Shown here one piece after another: positions 1-14,200 of a DNA stretch of 54,400 bases. Origin of the DNA: Catajapyx aquilonaris. Lineage: Eukaryota. The stretch is taken from positions 62,001-116,400 of the forward strand of contig KZ538151.1 in the NCBI GenBank assembly GCA_000934665.2. Direction: 5' to 3'. Within the stretch, counting starts at the first letter, position 1. The number at the start of each line of letters is the position of its first letter. Made by a program: the position numbers and the translations under genes. The notes beneath the pieces were generated by a model that ran no database searches, was not told the origin of the DNA, and saw nothing but the letters and a program-made list of their open reading frames with translations.

Positions 1-3000
1 AAATGAACTTTCATTTCCGGAACCTCTCTGAAATGGAGTACTTGGGAGCGAGCATAAGCAGGCTATCGATAGCAATGGAGCCTTCTTATCACTTGGGGCT
101 ATTTCCCTCCCTAAAGGAATGAGACTCAGATCCAATCGTTGGTCATCACCCCGTTTTTCGTTTTCTCAACTTGAATTGCATAACACTACGACTTTAGGCC
201 TACTGCGACTATAGCGATAGCAGCAAGCTATCAGCTCCGACTTTGCTACAACCCTTTCCCTTAATCTTCCCCAAGATGCTCGACTCCCAGGCTCAATCTA
301 TTCCTTTACCACCACTAACTCGAGCCAGTTTGAAGTTTGGAGGGATGAAACAGAGTAGTTGAAGGTGTGCCGGAATGCTTTAGAAACTTGGGCCAAATTT
401 CTCCATAACAAGCCTTGGCGATTACCTTCACCAGAAGCCTCCAGCCTTTAGCATTTGCCTTTCTGGTATGGGGAGGAGGGAGAAAGAAGAGTCCGAGGAG
501 GATCCAATTGCGTTGCTTGGCGGTAAAGGAAAATCTTCTCATTGGTCGTCTCCCAACCGGAGATGAGGAAAGAAATTAAAGGCAGGAAATTGGATTCGGA
601 AAGTTCAACGCCAGCTTCTCCCAGATAAGGCTCAGCACTCCCCCGATGTAAAGCTCTGGAAGAAGAAAGCTTTGAGGGAAGGGAGGGAGGGAGGGAGGGG
701 AGACGAAGTGGGAGGGTGCTTCTAGGCATCACAAGTTCCAGACAAAATAGGCAAGTTGCGCACTATTTTGACTCTCCCCAAGTCCTACCAACCAAACAAA
801 AAAATGCGTGTTGACTCAACTCTCTAAAGTGTGTTGCCCTGTAAAGTGTTTTATTGATTCAGCCGAGCGTGATACTGACGGCAACTTCATCCTGACTTTC
901 CAATAATCTAAAGCGAGCTGGGAAGCTGCTGGAGTGATTTTTTTTCTTTACTTCTTCTTCTTCTTCCCTGCCAGCTTTTTCCTATGGCCTGACCGACGTT
1001 CCTCTCTTCCAGCCCGCCTCCCAATTTACTTCCTCAGGAAATAAAGTGGAGCGTGTTAAAAGCTTCTCTTAAGGAGACACGCCGGAATTTTAAGTCAGGT
1101 TTTGTCTGAGGGTGAACGGAAGTTGCCATGTTTGGCAGGTGTAATCCGTAACTTATTTTTTTGGAGGTGGGCTGGGTGCTAACGATATTTAGTTCCGTTA
1201 CAGCAATACGCTAATGGACTGTGCCTTGTCCCGTGCACAGGGCTTTGTGTCCCGAAATGGGGTCTTACATTGTTTATTCTGGGGCTTAGCCCTAGAAACT
1301 AGAGTGAATGGCCATAGAGGCAGTTTGATGTTTGGACCGGCAAGGGATTTTTCGCCAGGGGAAAAAAAGTGCGGGTTTGGTGAAGCTAAAACTGCATGCC
1401 AATGGAAGTTAGCTTATCTGCTCAAATAAATTTACAGGTCTATTTATAACTACTGAAATATCAAGATTTTTTTGTGACATAACCAGTTATCCACAGTCAC
1501 GAAATCGGGGATGAAAAATGGGCGGGTTAAATTTAGAGTTGTCAAGTTGGCATTTGTCACTCTATCTCCTTTCCTCCATTTCCGTTCCCTTTTCCCTGAT
1601 CCGGGGTTCGAGTCCCTTTGAACTCTGATTTAATGCCTGGAAAACTCAGCACATCAAAGTAAATGCGTGTGCGTGTCGCGCCCAGGTTTGTCCATAACCG
1701 TGTGGAAAACCGGATTGAAACATTAGAAAATAATATGCAGGGTGGTCCAGCTATATGTTTCACAATGCATTTTGTGTGCGTGCCGAAATTGAAATCCGGC
1801 AATTCCAACACTTTGTGTCTCCGAAAATCTTGATGGATGCAGACTTTGGTGGTGGAGAAAAAAGAAGACATTTCTAGTCCAAACACAAGCGACGGTGATG
1901 AGTCCAGACATATCGTTATCCTCTCTCCCTCCCCATCCCCTTCCCCAGTTTCCACCAGTGGCCTCATTTGCATAGCCAAATCATTTATCCGGTAGACGCC
2001 CGTAGGTGTTGACATCTCCCTCGGCCCCGGTTTTCGTGATTGCGGCCGCAGATTTTCATTGGTTGAGGCCAAGTTTGCACCCCCCCCCCCCACTCCCTGT
2101 AGCCACTCTAATTGTTCATCCTGCGACATCATTGAGGCTTATACGAGAGGGGGGTGGGGTTGGATTTTATTTGCCATGCATAACCATACACGCCTTGGTA
2201 TGGCCGGTTGCTTGAAGGCAAACCTAGAGAGGAGAGGAGGCCAAAACCTCCCCCCTTTTCATTCTCCACCATGCTACTACCCCGTCCGCGCATTGTTAAT
2301 TAGAAGAGCGGGAAGATCAATACCCGGGGTGGGAAAGGCAAAACACAAATTTCCCAGTTCCCTGGGCAAAAGCATCGGGGGGGCCGCACCCAAAAAGAGA
2401 AGTCTCGCGTGTTTGATAAGACTGCTGGAATGCTATTCACCATTTTTTTTGTTTGTCAGCCATAGTTAAATGAACTAGTGCGTTACCCCTCCTGTTTTTG
2501 GGACGCATAGGCGTGACTTCTTAGCACGTGTCATTTAATTGGCGCTATATGATTCTGCTGGATGTGCCTTGGCGTAAACACGTGGCGCAGCCATTTTGCA
2601 GCGCGTCATATCCGATTCGGATGTGACGTGTGACAACACGCGCCATTCACCCTGGAGCAATCGCTGTCACCCCAGCTCTAATCGCGAAATTGGACACATT
2701 ACGCGATAAGATTCGCAGGTGCACGGCATCGATTGGCTCACATGTGTACACATACAATGTCATTCGTTTCTCTCTCCCCCCTTCCAACTCGCGTGTTTAT
2801 GCTCAGTTTCACACCAAAAGTGACGGACACCTGCCGTCACCCAGTGTACTGCACATCCTGATAAGTTGACCAGCTCGCGAATTTGCGAATTGCGCCAATT
2901 TTGATACATTGTTGGTCGAATTGGGAGAGCAGGCGGGGAGTTGGGGGGGACAAAACCCTGATGGATACATCATAATTAACTGCATTATGGGGCCACCGTA

Positions 3001-6000
3001 TGTGAGATTTTGATGCCAGATTTGCGGATTGAATGGCAGTTTGATGTGNCCCCCCCCCCGTCGTTTTTGGCACTGGCTTGCAAACTCATTTTCATCAAGG
3101 TCTGCCTCTATACTCAAATGCCAAAAAAATGCGTCTTTATAATTTGGCCTCCAAAAAAAATTAAAATTTATCCGCATCTAGCCAGCAGCATTTGTTGTTG
3201 ACTGGAGTTTATTCGCATGGATCCAGCAGGGAGGGCAGCCTCATTAACGCTGTGCGCCGGTCGTAAATGCCGAGCTGTGTACTTTAGCCCTCGGATTCTA
3301 TTAGGATGAAATAGTGCAAGGGAGTGGAGTAGTGAAATTGAGGCAAGTTGGTGAGTGGCCGGTGGGAGGGAGAGGAGAGGAAGGTTTTTGTTTATTTCCC
3401 AGGAGCATTAATCGAGCTTTTCCCGGAGTTTTGCACATCCGGAACTAGCCTTGAGAAATGAACATCCAACCCAGAGTTGGGTTTCCCTAGTGGTCCTGGT
3501 TCTGTCCTGCAGGTCTTCAACGGGGTTTAACTCAAGAGGGGGTTGGGTGGAATATACGAGTGGATAAACCTCCCTTTCCCAGGTTGTACACCTTCAATTA
3601 ATAATTCAGAGCTTGCAACCACATCTCTAGCTCTGTCGAGCTCGGCATCAGTCACGGTTATGCTCCAGACGCAATTGGAGTAACTGGCACGTGCATCGAA
3701 TATCTGGAGAGTGTACCTTGAAAAATAAGGGTGGAAAAAAAAATCATCTCGAGGGCAGTGGCCTGATGGCGGAAATGCAGTTTTCATTCACGTAGGTCGC
3801 CGTGATTGTAACCAGTCGTCTAACAGTGGCTCTGAGCGGTTGCAAGCCAGTCGATACATAATTCACGCCAACTATCACGCACCATTTGTCATTATTCCTT
3901 CATGAGGTTCCTTGAAAGAGTAATGAGCTGGGTGGGTCGTACACTTGCCCCAGCTCGCATGATCACGCAACTCTTTCAAATCGGGACCCTCATCTTTACC
4001 TGACCCATGCCAGGCTCACCCATTCACTCAATCACTGCAAAAACCGACCAAACTAACCACCGGTTAAGAGAAGTCGCCACGACATACGACAAAATAACTT
4101 AGGGTCGTAAAGGTGCTATACGGCAAAATAACAGTCTCTATTCTGCTACATTTATAGGTGTGACTTATGCGTATTAACTCGCAGGATTTTGAAGTTTAGC
4201 GAGGCACATGGGATGATTGAGCATGTCATAACCTCAGTTGAGGTATATATCGAGCCTGGCTTCCACCCCGCAAAATGGTTTCCCCGGCCTAAGATTAATC
4301 CCCTCAAAAGTAATGGGTATGTATGTCGGGCCCCTCTAATTTGGGATTCATTTACCCGGGCCACCCGTTTTGAGCCGGAAGATTTGACATGAGAACATAT
4401 TCCTGAGTAATAGGGCATCCCCGAGAAAGATTGTGCTCCGGATTCCCCCGGAGTCCAATCCCAAAACCAGGGGAGGGAACAAATGGAGTGCGATAAGGAA
4501 AGTGCACAGGAATAGGGAATAATGAAGCACTGCCACCGGTTAATCAGATCGAGGATCCGGGGGTTGCCTGCAATAAACCTGTCCGGTTTTCTCCCGGATC
4601 AATATCCACCCCATGCATACACTGTTTGTAACTCCTTAATTAGTCATATTTATCCTTATTAACGGTACGGTGGGACATGGGTGAAAATTGTTGGCCCCTG
4701 AGTGTTACACCCAACTCTTTTTTTTTTTTTTGGGTGGGGGAACTATATATACGTGGGCGGTAATTCGGGGGGTATGGCCTGAGGGCCGTTTTCATTATGC
4801 TACATATCGTTTCGATCTATAGTAGGCAACGAAAAGGTCTGTTTACTTGCCCCGAGTAATCGTAGGCGGGTTAAAAAACGCGACTATTTTTTTATATATA
4901 GGAAAAGGGCGAGGTTGCCAGGTGTGAGATAGGCCGATACCTGTCGACACGCGATAGGGCAATGGCAGAACCGCTTTTTTGTTAAGGGTTGTATATGATG
5001 AAAAGGTGCTGAGAAGTCGAGGCATTGTCGCAGGATCTGTTGAAAAATTGAGCCTACCTTTGTGATTTTGACCGTCGCAAATTCGGTGCAAAATAGGCAA
5101 GTTTTTTCGCTATTTTATGACAGTAACGCAACAATATTATACAAACATTCGATGAAACATTATTGTCAACAACGTTGATTAATATTTTAGTCATTTTTTT
5201 GACTCTTTCTTGACGCCTGTCAAGGGTATAGATATAGGTATGCGTCCCACACTATGCATCTGTAATTTTTGTGTCCTGCGGGATGTTCCCGGAAAATGGA
5301 GGGGGGTCGTACTTTTTCTCCGGATCTGGATGAAAACTTCACAGTCGACTCGAATTTCCATTTTCTTCTGCAGCCTCAGGCTTCCTAAGATGCATCTATT
5401 CCCAGCCCCGCGGGTAGTTCTCTCTCTAAAAAAAATCCGGGAATGACCCTTTTCCCTTACACCACTCTTTTCTACTTTTCCTCCTCCCCCACTGTTACTA
5501 TTCACCCCCCTACTTTTTTTCCCACGGTTCAATAAATGCGAAATGGCGGTCTCGGAGAATCCCAAATGAGCTCGAAATTGAAAACTTTGGAAAAGATGCG
5601 CCGATTGAGGTCAGATGGGGTAGGGGAGGGATAGAGCGGTGCCTTTTCCTCTGGGATGAACCTTTAGAGATGATTACCTTCTTCAGACTTACCGAATGGA
5701 GTTTCAATTGATATTGATGTGGGGGGAGGGGGGGGGGGGAGACCATGAATAAAAAGGGACAAAAGGAAAAGAAAAAGGGAGGGGCGGACTTATTGTATTG
5801 TTCCTATTTTATCCAGTCGCGACTATTGCACACCCGTGTGATTGGGGGGGGAGTCAACGTCCCCTTTGTGGGCGATTTGAAGCGAAATTGGGCTAAATTG
5901 AACCCTATGACGTCACTCCATTGTTGACTCAGTCGAGCAGGGTTTTTCAGTAAGCAGTGCTTCTTGCTGTAGGGCGACACAGTTTTGAGTCTCACTCTGC

Positions 6001-7932
6001 AAGCAATCCACTTGTTTGGTTATGGTTCTGTACATGATTTAAGCATTTACAGGCACGCTTTTGTGTGCAGTTTTGTGTTCGCGATTGTTTACTTTTGCAC
6101 TTGATATTAGTGCTGGAATCGCTTATAGTTATGCAAACTCAGTGTGCTTGCAGTGTTAGTACAGCATATTTTATGACTATGAACAGATTGGCCTTGTTAA
6201 TGTATACCGAAAAAAAAGAAATAAAGTTATTAGAGTTTCTCCCAAGGTTGTGTGCGTGTGGGACGAGGATACATGAAAACCCAATAGGCAGCAGCAAGGG
6301 GAAGATGGAAATGATAGCCGTGCCGTGCCCCTATCATTTAGGGTCAGGTCGGCCAACCCCAAACCTCGAAGCATTTTTAGTCCTTAATGCTCCTTACTCC
6401 CCAAGTTTTATCTCCAGGTCTTTCGCAACACGCGAACGACACAGAAACTCACAAGGAGAAAGGGATGGCTTGTAAGCCTGTGAGATGGCTCCTCTGGATA
6501 AAACCCTGCAGAAAAGAGTATATCAAAACTTGGCCTCTCTCCATCGCAGTGTGTCTATCCAGCCCCCCTTGCATTTCCATACATAGACCCCCGACCCTGT
6601 TATTCTAGGGTATAAAGTTTCACATTAATTAATTTTCGGGCTTAATCCATGTATAATTAATTGGAGGATGGTCTTGTTCCATACAATCGTGGGTTGGCGG
6701 GGGTTTTGCTGCGCAAATAGATGAAGTGATTTGAATGAATTATCTACTAGTTGCAAGATAATGGGTATTGTCAAGGGTGTTTCGTATAGTGGGAGGGGGG
6801 GTCTCTGTTGACCTTTAGCGTTTCAATTCCGATATGTCGCCATTTGTTTTTCCGGACTCCCCGATTGTATCTCACCTGAATCGTGCATTTCCCCTCCCGG
6901 CAGATTCACATGCAGGTGATACACATCTATGCATAACGCGCGCACACTTTTTGTGTTGGTGCGAGTTTTATTTTTTTAATTCCTGGATACGAGCGTAGGT
7001 GGCTAACTGGGGAACAGTTACGATTAGCCGCCATAAATGGTCCCCCTAGGCCAAGGTTCTTGTGCACGAGCACCGATTTTAACGGCTCTATCAGGCTCAT
7101 TATTCCAGATCGATTAAAATTGGGGCTCTATTAAAAGCATGATTTATGCCTGCCTTTCTCTATCAGCCTCAAATTGGGTGCAGCTTCGCTTTTGATTTCA
7201 CCCTTTGTCTGGGCATCGGTTTCCACATTGTTGCGTATAGATGCCTTTTTGGTACAGAACTGTTGCCGATAGATGGCCAACGACTGCTCCCGCCATCTGT
7301 CGTACTGAATATTCCCCAAGCCCAATTTTGTGCGGATTTGGCCCCTTTTGAGCGCCTTATTTATGTGAAGATAAGAGCGAACAAGGCCCTGCTGTCTCTT
7401 TCCAAGCGACATTTCTTGACATCTCTCCTTTTTTCCCCCTTCGTGTCCTCAGATGGGGTTAGTGGGGATGGGGTTGTGCCCCCCCCCCCTCCAGCTTTTT
7501 CCCAGGTCCATAAATCACCTCCTTGAGTTAATTTGAAGTGCTGAGCGCGCCCTGTTTTCTTCCGGAAGCGCCCTGCACCCAATGAATTAGAGGCTGGGAG
7601 CATCAGCCGCTTTATTACGGGAAAAAGGCTTCCTTTTCTTACCCATCAATCCACCCTCCCAAGATCAGATGACTTTTATAGAGATCGATAGGGAAACAGG
7701 TTCAGAGATGGCTTGGATCAACTTACTGGTGTGTCTCGCACTGGAAGAAATATATATAAATAAAAGAAAAGCGAGCGACAAAAGAGGACACGGGCTAAGG
7801 GGACACACAAAAGACAAGTAGGAAGGGTCGGGCCTTTTGCAACGAGATGAATGTGACTGGATTAATTTATAGCTGCTGGGTTGGAATTTAATTCCGCACC
7901 TGACGCGCTGTTTCGTGGCCCGCTTTTTCCTA

Positions 7933-8300
7933 CTTATGGTCGTCAGCGTCTACGGGGGTAATGGAGTACTTTCGAGAGAGAAAAAAAGGCTCATTTTTTT
8001 TTACTTTGGCGTACTTCGGCTCATCCATCAATTGAAGGTGTGTCTGCGGTGAAGGACGGGCCTAATAGGCGACACAACAATTAATAGACTTCTTATGGTC
8101 GTCACCGTCTACTTAGGATCTACCACAGAGGATCTACCTTATAATTTCTGTCTATATATGTCCAACTATTGCATGCGTCAATTCCTAGGGGTAATAGAGT
8201 ACAATTTTTTAAATGGAAAAAGGGCGTCAATTTTTTTCCTCTTCTGAAGTAGTTGGGCTCATCCATCAATGAAGTTGTGTCTGCGGCTCACGGGCATAAT
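7933..8300. repeat. Diverged local tandem duplication (~140-bp unit); second copy has a ~75-bp insert
   Basis: cttatggtcgtca(g/c)cgtctac at 7933 and 8092; ggggtaat(g/a)gagtac, ggctcatccatcaat and tgtgtctgcgg each occur twice in the same order. Confidence 0.75.
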
Positions 8301-11118
8301 ATGCTCCAAAAAAATTAAAAGAAAACCATCAGTCAAAAAAAGGGGTGTGGGACAGGTTCGGGTGATAAATCGACGCTTCATCCGTCAGATGGGTCTCCTT
8401 ATTCATATGACGTCAGATGCGAACGACGGCTCTTCTCCCCTGTAGGGATGCGCAGATGCCCGGAATCGCAGTTTGACTTCCAGATCCGTGTATTGGACAG
8501 TCCAACTTGCATAATTTTTTAAGTCATAATGGCCACACTTTTTGGGGAGCTCTCTCGCAGCTGCAAATTCCTCAGACATGGGCTGCCGTTAAGATGGCTA
8601 CGAGATCGTAAAGCTGGAATTGGGTTCACAACTCGGCCATCACTCGTTTTTATAAGGTCTGCGGGGGCTTATGCGAATGCGGAAGCCATTTCCGGGACGA
8701 GGGAAGCGAACAGGAGGCTCCGGATTCCTTTCCCCCTCCAACCAACCCCCCCTTTAAAAAAAAGCCCTGGGAGCCATCAGGAGCACGTCAGGTGGATTGA
8801 TAATAAAACAAGTGGTTCTGACCAAAAATTTGGGAGTCATCAAAATCTTGGGGGGTGTGAATTAAAACCTGGGGGGACTGTTTTTGGAAAACTGCTGGAA
8901 AATTTACGGGCGCAACACATGCGAAGTTCATTAGTTCAATCCGGGTTATTACATATTGGCGGTCCGTTGGAATGTGCAAGGGCAGATCTTTTAATGAGCG
9001 CACTGCTGCTAATTGCAACACAATTATCACGTGTGTCAAATTAACGCACAGGGGATGATGCGGGGGTCCCGGCAAAAAACCGTGCGGTGTTTTTTCTTGC
9101 GCAGTGTCAACCGCTGTTCACGACTGTAACCAACACATGGCTTCCCTGCACAAAATAAACATGGAACCAGCAGCAAGTAAGGTGTGTTTAGACGAGAGCT
9201 AATTCCCTTCAACTGCCGTCCACTCTCACTCACTAAACCCGGACCATTCTCGGGTTTTATTGCAAATCCAATGCCCCGATCCCAAAGTCCATTTCGGTTG
9301 ATGGCGCCACTCAGCACCTACAAGTCTTTAGTGTGACCTTGCCTCTTTGAACTTGGCCTTCCAATCTTGGCTACAAAGTACACTGACCCCACCGATATAC
9401 TGAAAGGGTCAATCACCTCTGAACCTGGGCTCAATGACATTTTGTAGATCAAGGATCAGACTGGACAAATCCCTATACCTTTTCCCTGCCACGTCACTTG
9501 ATGAATAGCCCAATTTCACACCCGAGTTCATATTTGCTCATGTGATCTTCCAACCCGACATTTTTGGTCATTGTGAACCATGGCGCCGCACCAAAAAATA
9601 TGGGGGACGAAAAAATCCCCCCCCCCCCCCCNCCCCCCCCCCCCCTCTTTAGTGTATGCATCATGAGCGTAAACAGCTGTGACTGATGGCGGGTCTGGAA
9701 TAAAAAAGTGTGGGATTGCGTCGGTTCTATTGCTGCCTCGATTGACACCATGTTGTTTCTGTCCCCCCAACCTAACGGAGGGGGACTTCATATCGAGGAG
9801 GGAAAGGTGGAGGGGGGGAAATGGTCATTTATTTCACGTTTGGTGCACACCGTTTATGCACACCTAGAATATTTGATCAAAGCCCCTGCCAGCCCTGCCT
9901 GGGGGGCGTCAAGCTTCCAGAATCTGGACATTTTTGCAGGGGGTCGACTCCAGAGAATAAAATGTATCCAGAGACGACGCGCGTTTTTTTGGGTGGAAAG
10001 CTTCATTCTCTTTGCTGCGGGTGTGTGCGCTTTTTTTTCTTTCTTTTCCTCCGCGTCTTCCCGGGCCAACTTTATTGAGCTTGGGGACTTGGAAGCTTGG
10101 CATTTTCTCTCTTCATTCCAGCACTGCTCGCTTTTTTCGCGAGGAAGAGCTTTTTTAGTTGCGAAATGGATCCATCTCAGAAGGGATGTGCTGAGACTTG
10201 ATTCGTGAAGATCCCGAGGCTATTAGGAACATTTTCTGCGACGTGACCGCGCGGAAAAAACGCGCATCTGGCAACCTCTTCACTTTGGCATCCATTACTG
10301 GCAACCATGTCTGGCAACTGGCAACACTTGCCATTGCCACCTGACAACCCATAATGTGCTGGCACCTGGCAACTGTGGTGGTTCCGATTTTTCCGCACCG
10401 AAATCTCCTGGCAACTGTGCTCCACTGGGCGTCATAAATGGCCGCCGCAGGTAGTCGCCTCCACCCCACGCTGCGCTTCTCCAAGGAAACGGCCCCGGAT
10501 CGATCCGCGCGCAAAACCCGTTGAAGAGGGTTGGGGCTTGGCAATTACGATCCAGGGGCACAAATTGGTCTCCAATACACTGACCGAAATATATGCAACG
10601 GATGTCCAGTAGTAGAAAAAAAACTGGGCCTAATTAAACTTACTACATGTAAAAAGTTTGCATTGCAGCAGTCAGCGTCGACCCCACATGCGCGCACTTA
10701 AACAAACGTCGGAATGTTCAAAGAAAATGACTTACCTGCTTCGTAACCGGAATCACAATAGTATTTTCAAAAAAATTCGCAAAGTTTGCGACGATTCTTT
10801 TTTTTAAACATATAATTTTTGCTCTCTGATCGCTCGGTTTTAGCTTCTTGTTTCGAAGGGGGGGAGTGCAGGGTATGGGCTGGTGGACGGCTAACAAAAG
10901 CGGGCGCCATGACATGAATGTTGAAACTTGGATAACAACTCGCGTGTGTAAAAAGTGCTGGAACAATGGAGGTGAAACTGCCGAGTATCGATTCGGAAAA
11001 CTATTCCATTTAACTGGCCTAGCCCTCATCGAGTGAGGTTGGAAGCAGGGGTGGTCAAAAAGTTGGCGTATGAATAACTGCGATTACAGACTTCTACTAA
11101 ATATAGCAGTGAAAATAT

Positions 11119-11260
11119 CAGCGACTACTAAGTCCTACTAAAATAGCAGCGACTACTAAGTCCTACTAAAATAGCAGCGACTACTAAGTCCTACTAAAAT
11201 AGCAGCGACTACTAAGTCCTACTAAAATAGCAGCGAGTACTGAGTTCTTCTAAAAAATAG
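11119..11260. repeat. Minisatellite, 28-bp unit CAGCGACTACTAAGTCCTACTAAAATAG, 4 perfect copies and 1 degenerate copy
   Basis: Copies start at 11119, 11147, 11175, 11203 and 11231 with no spacers. Confidence 0.95.
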
Positions 11261-14200
11261 CGTTGAAAAGTAGCATTTTGTCTTCTGATATGTGTTGAAT
11301 GTGACAGAAGGGGTGGCCTTCCTTTTCCCTTCGGAGATACAGCTAATTGCCAAATATTTTCGAAGGAAATTGGTGCAAAAAGGTGGTGGCTTATGAATCT
11401 GACCTTGCATAGTAAGCACGAAGGTGCAATTCAGCAACCTTGGCACATCAATCTTGGATGGGCCGCAGGGGCTAGTAGGTCCAGCGCTCTCCTTTTTGCG
11501 CATTTTAAAGGGGGAAAAAAAGGAGAACAGGTAATAGATCACAGATCGCGTGGGCTCATGAACGGTAATCAACAAGTCGCTAATGATGACCTAAGAGTGA
11601 AGCTCACATCCTTTTATAGGCGGCTGTGGTCTAGCACTAGTCACACACACGCAGAAAGGTTGAATCAGACCCAGTTTTTGTGCATTAAAAAGCAGGACAG
11701 CATACATCACCTTGTATAGACCGACGCGTAGAAAACTGCAGAGCAAACATTTGAAACGTGTACTTGCACATTACATTGTCCCAGGCAGACACCGGCACAA
11801 AGGCCCCCCCATTTTCAATTCCTGGCTGTTAAGGTGTATACCATTTTTTTTTCATACACTCTGTCATGTCCGCCTCCCTATCCCCCGACCAAAGGCAGCA
11901 CGAACTGTGTACAAAAAAATGAATGTACAAACACTGATGTTAGGACGGGGCAATTATGTAGTTGAGAGCAAAGTTAGGGGAAGTCACTGACAGGTTCGTC
12001 CTTTGTACCCCCCTGACTCGGCTGCGGGTATTGCGGTTGCAGACCACCGAAATTGGGCTCGGCACACACCGTTTTACATCGGCCCGAGTGGCTAATAACG
12101 ACTAAGCGACGTATCCGCTCACTAGGGGCCCACACATAGGCCTAAAAAAATAGGGCAAAAAAAGATTGGTCCGATTTTCCTTCCAAAAGCTGCAAATAAA
12201 AAAATATAACAAATTCCGAGTATTAATAATTTGCATTGTTTTAGAGCTCTAATAGCAAGCCGATAGTGATGAGTTAATGGTTTCTAATAATCATGAGCTC
12301 TTCGGTTTTTGAGGGTGTGAGCTGACGTCACACTATTCGGTCGATTAGAAATAGCCAAAACCGAGTTTCAGAGTGCGATGTATAGTCACGCGAGGCAAAA
12401 AAATTTCACTCCGCATATTTCAAGCCGGCACTTATCTATACCCCTCTGCGATTATTATCGGTTAGTCCTGCAGATAGATCGTGCTTCCCTGGACTTTTAC
12501 GGCTCTTGCCAATTTTTTTTTGCGGAACCCTTGTTGCCAACCTTCTCTTTCGCTCCTGTCAGAAATATCCGATGGGTAATGTTAGCATATATTGTCTGCC
12601 TTTTTCCGGCCATCAAAAACCCATCTTGGCCCCCCCCGTCTTGAGTGTTATTATGACACCATGTCTACAGGGTGATGCACTGACCAAACTGGTTGCTACT
12701 TAGATCCTTCTTTATGTACTTGAGCAGTAGACCACCTTGTACAAAGGCAATGAGTCAGATCCGGTCTGGCAAAAAAAAAGTAAATTTGAAGAGAGCAACA
12801 TCTGTTGGAGTTCACTTCCAAGGGTCAGTTCGTGTGGCTGAAGGAGCTGTTCGAGAGCACTCATTCCTGCGGCTGACCACGCATTTTTTTGTGCGTATTT
12901 TTTGCATAAAGGGGAGGATAGAAATTATGCTGATCATGCAGGCTTGCTGGGTAGAGAGAGAGAGAGAGAGCTGTCATTTTATGCACCCTCGCAATTCTCT
13001 TGCCAATCTAATCCTGCACTTTATTGTCTGAAAAGGGATTTTTACGGCTCCCTCAGGCCATTTGCTTATTCCGCCTCTATTAGCAGATCGTTACAAATGG
13101 CTTTGGAGTAGATTAGGTGGTAAGGCCCTCCCCTAACTTTATGTCCTTGCTTTTTGACAGGTCATGTAGACCGAAGCGACCAAAACGACGACCGTGTGAA
13201 CCTTCTCTGAAAATATATATTTTACTGTATGTCAGCACCGCCAAGCTGTGCACTGTACATCGCTAAAATTGTGCGAAACGTGCCATATGTATACAGTCCT
13301 ATAATTACAATTAGATGAAAATCAGTTCCCCCGCAATTTGAGGCTAGAAATTATTGACATGACGCAATTTGCATTTTTCACACGCACAAAAGTTTGACCA
13401 CGTGGTCTATTCTCGAACACACAGTTGTTCAGAATGCATATATTGCATAATAATTACATGCTTTAACCTAGCTGAAGGATACATTTTTGTTGAATAACTT
13501 TACAGCGGATTACAGTAGGGTGCTTCAGTATAGAATTAGGGCGGTTACATACTGTACTATATATATCTCGTACAGTATATATATGCTTGCATTAATATCT
13601 AAAAATATACCGGCGTAATCGCAATGTAATTATGGCTTTGTGTGGTTTAAACATTTGGCAATCGACCAAAGTAATTGAAAACATAATGAGAGTTTATTGT
13701 TGTGTTGGATATTTTGGCCTCTGGGCTTTTGGAGCCATATATATCTGAACTTTATAATTATTTCAGCAGTTGTTCAAAGCCTCGCGTGTGCGATAACTCC
13801 GAAACGGATAAAAACTTGCGGGATTTTTCCCCCGATTTAATTTATACAAATTTTTTTGGTGTAACTGAATGTTTTGGAAATGCGGGCATGTGATTTTTTT
13901 GTGCGTTTTATAAATTGTAAAAATTTCATGTTTACATTAGTATTTGCAAGTTTTTGCGGTTACTCGCCAGAGAGAAAGTAATTTTTCAGTGTTTCTGCAT
14001 GCTGATTGGATTCGGCCTGCATTTTTCTACATATGCACGTTTTTACACACATTTTTTAAAAACATATGAACTACTTCGTCTGAGGGGAAAATTCAATAAT
14101 ATAATATTGTTTTCTGTACACTGTGATGTTTTCAACATTAAGTTTTGTGCAAGAGATTGAAAAAAATTACTGTTTAACAATGCGATGATCTAGCCAAATA

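Noticed and set aside
11119..11260. CRISPR array (28-bp repeats)
   Set aside because: Units are head-to-tail with no spacers, there are no cas genes, and the context is eukaryotic
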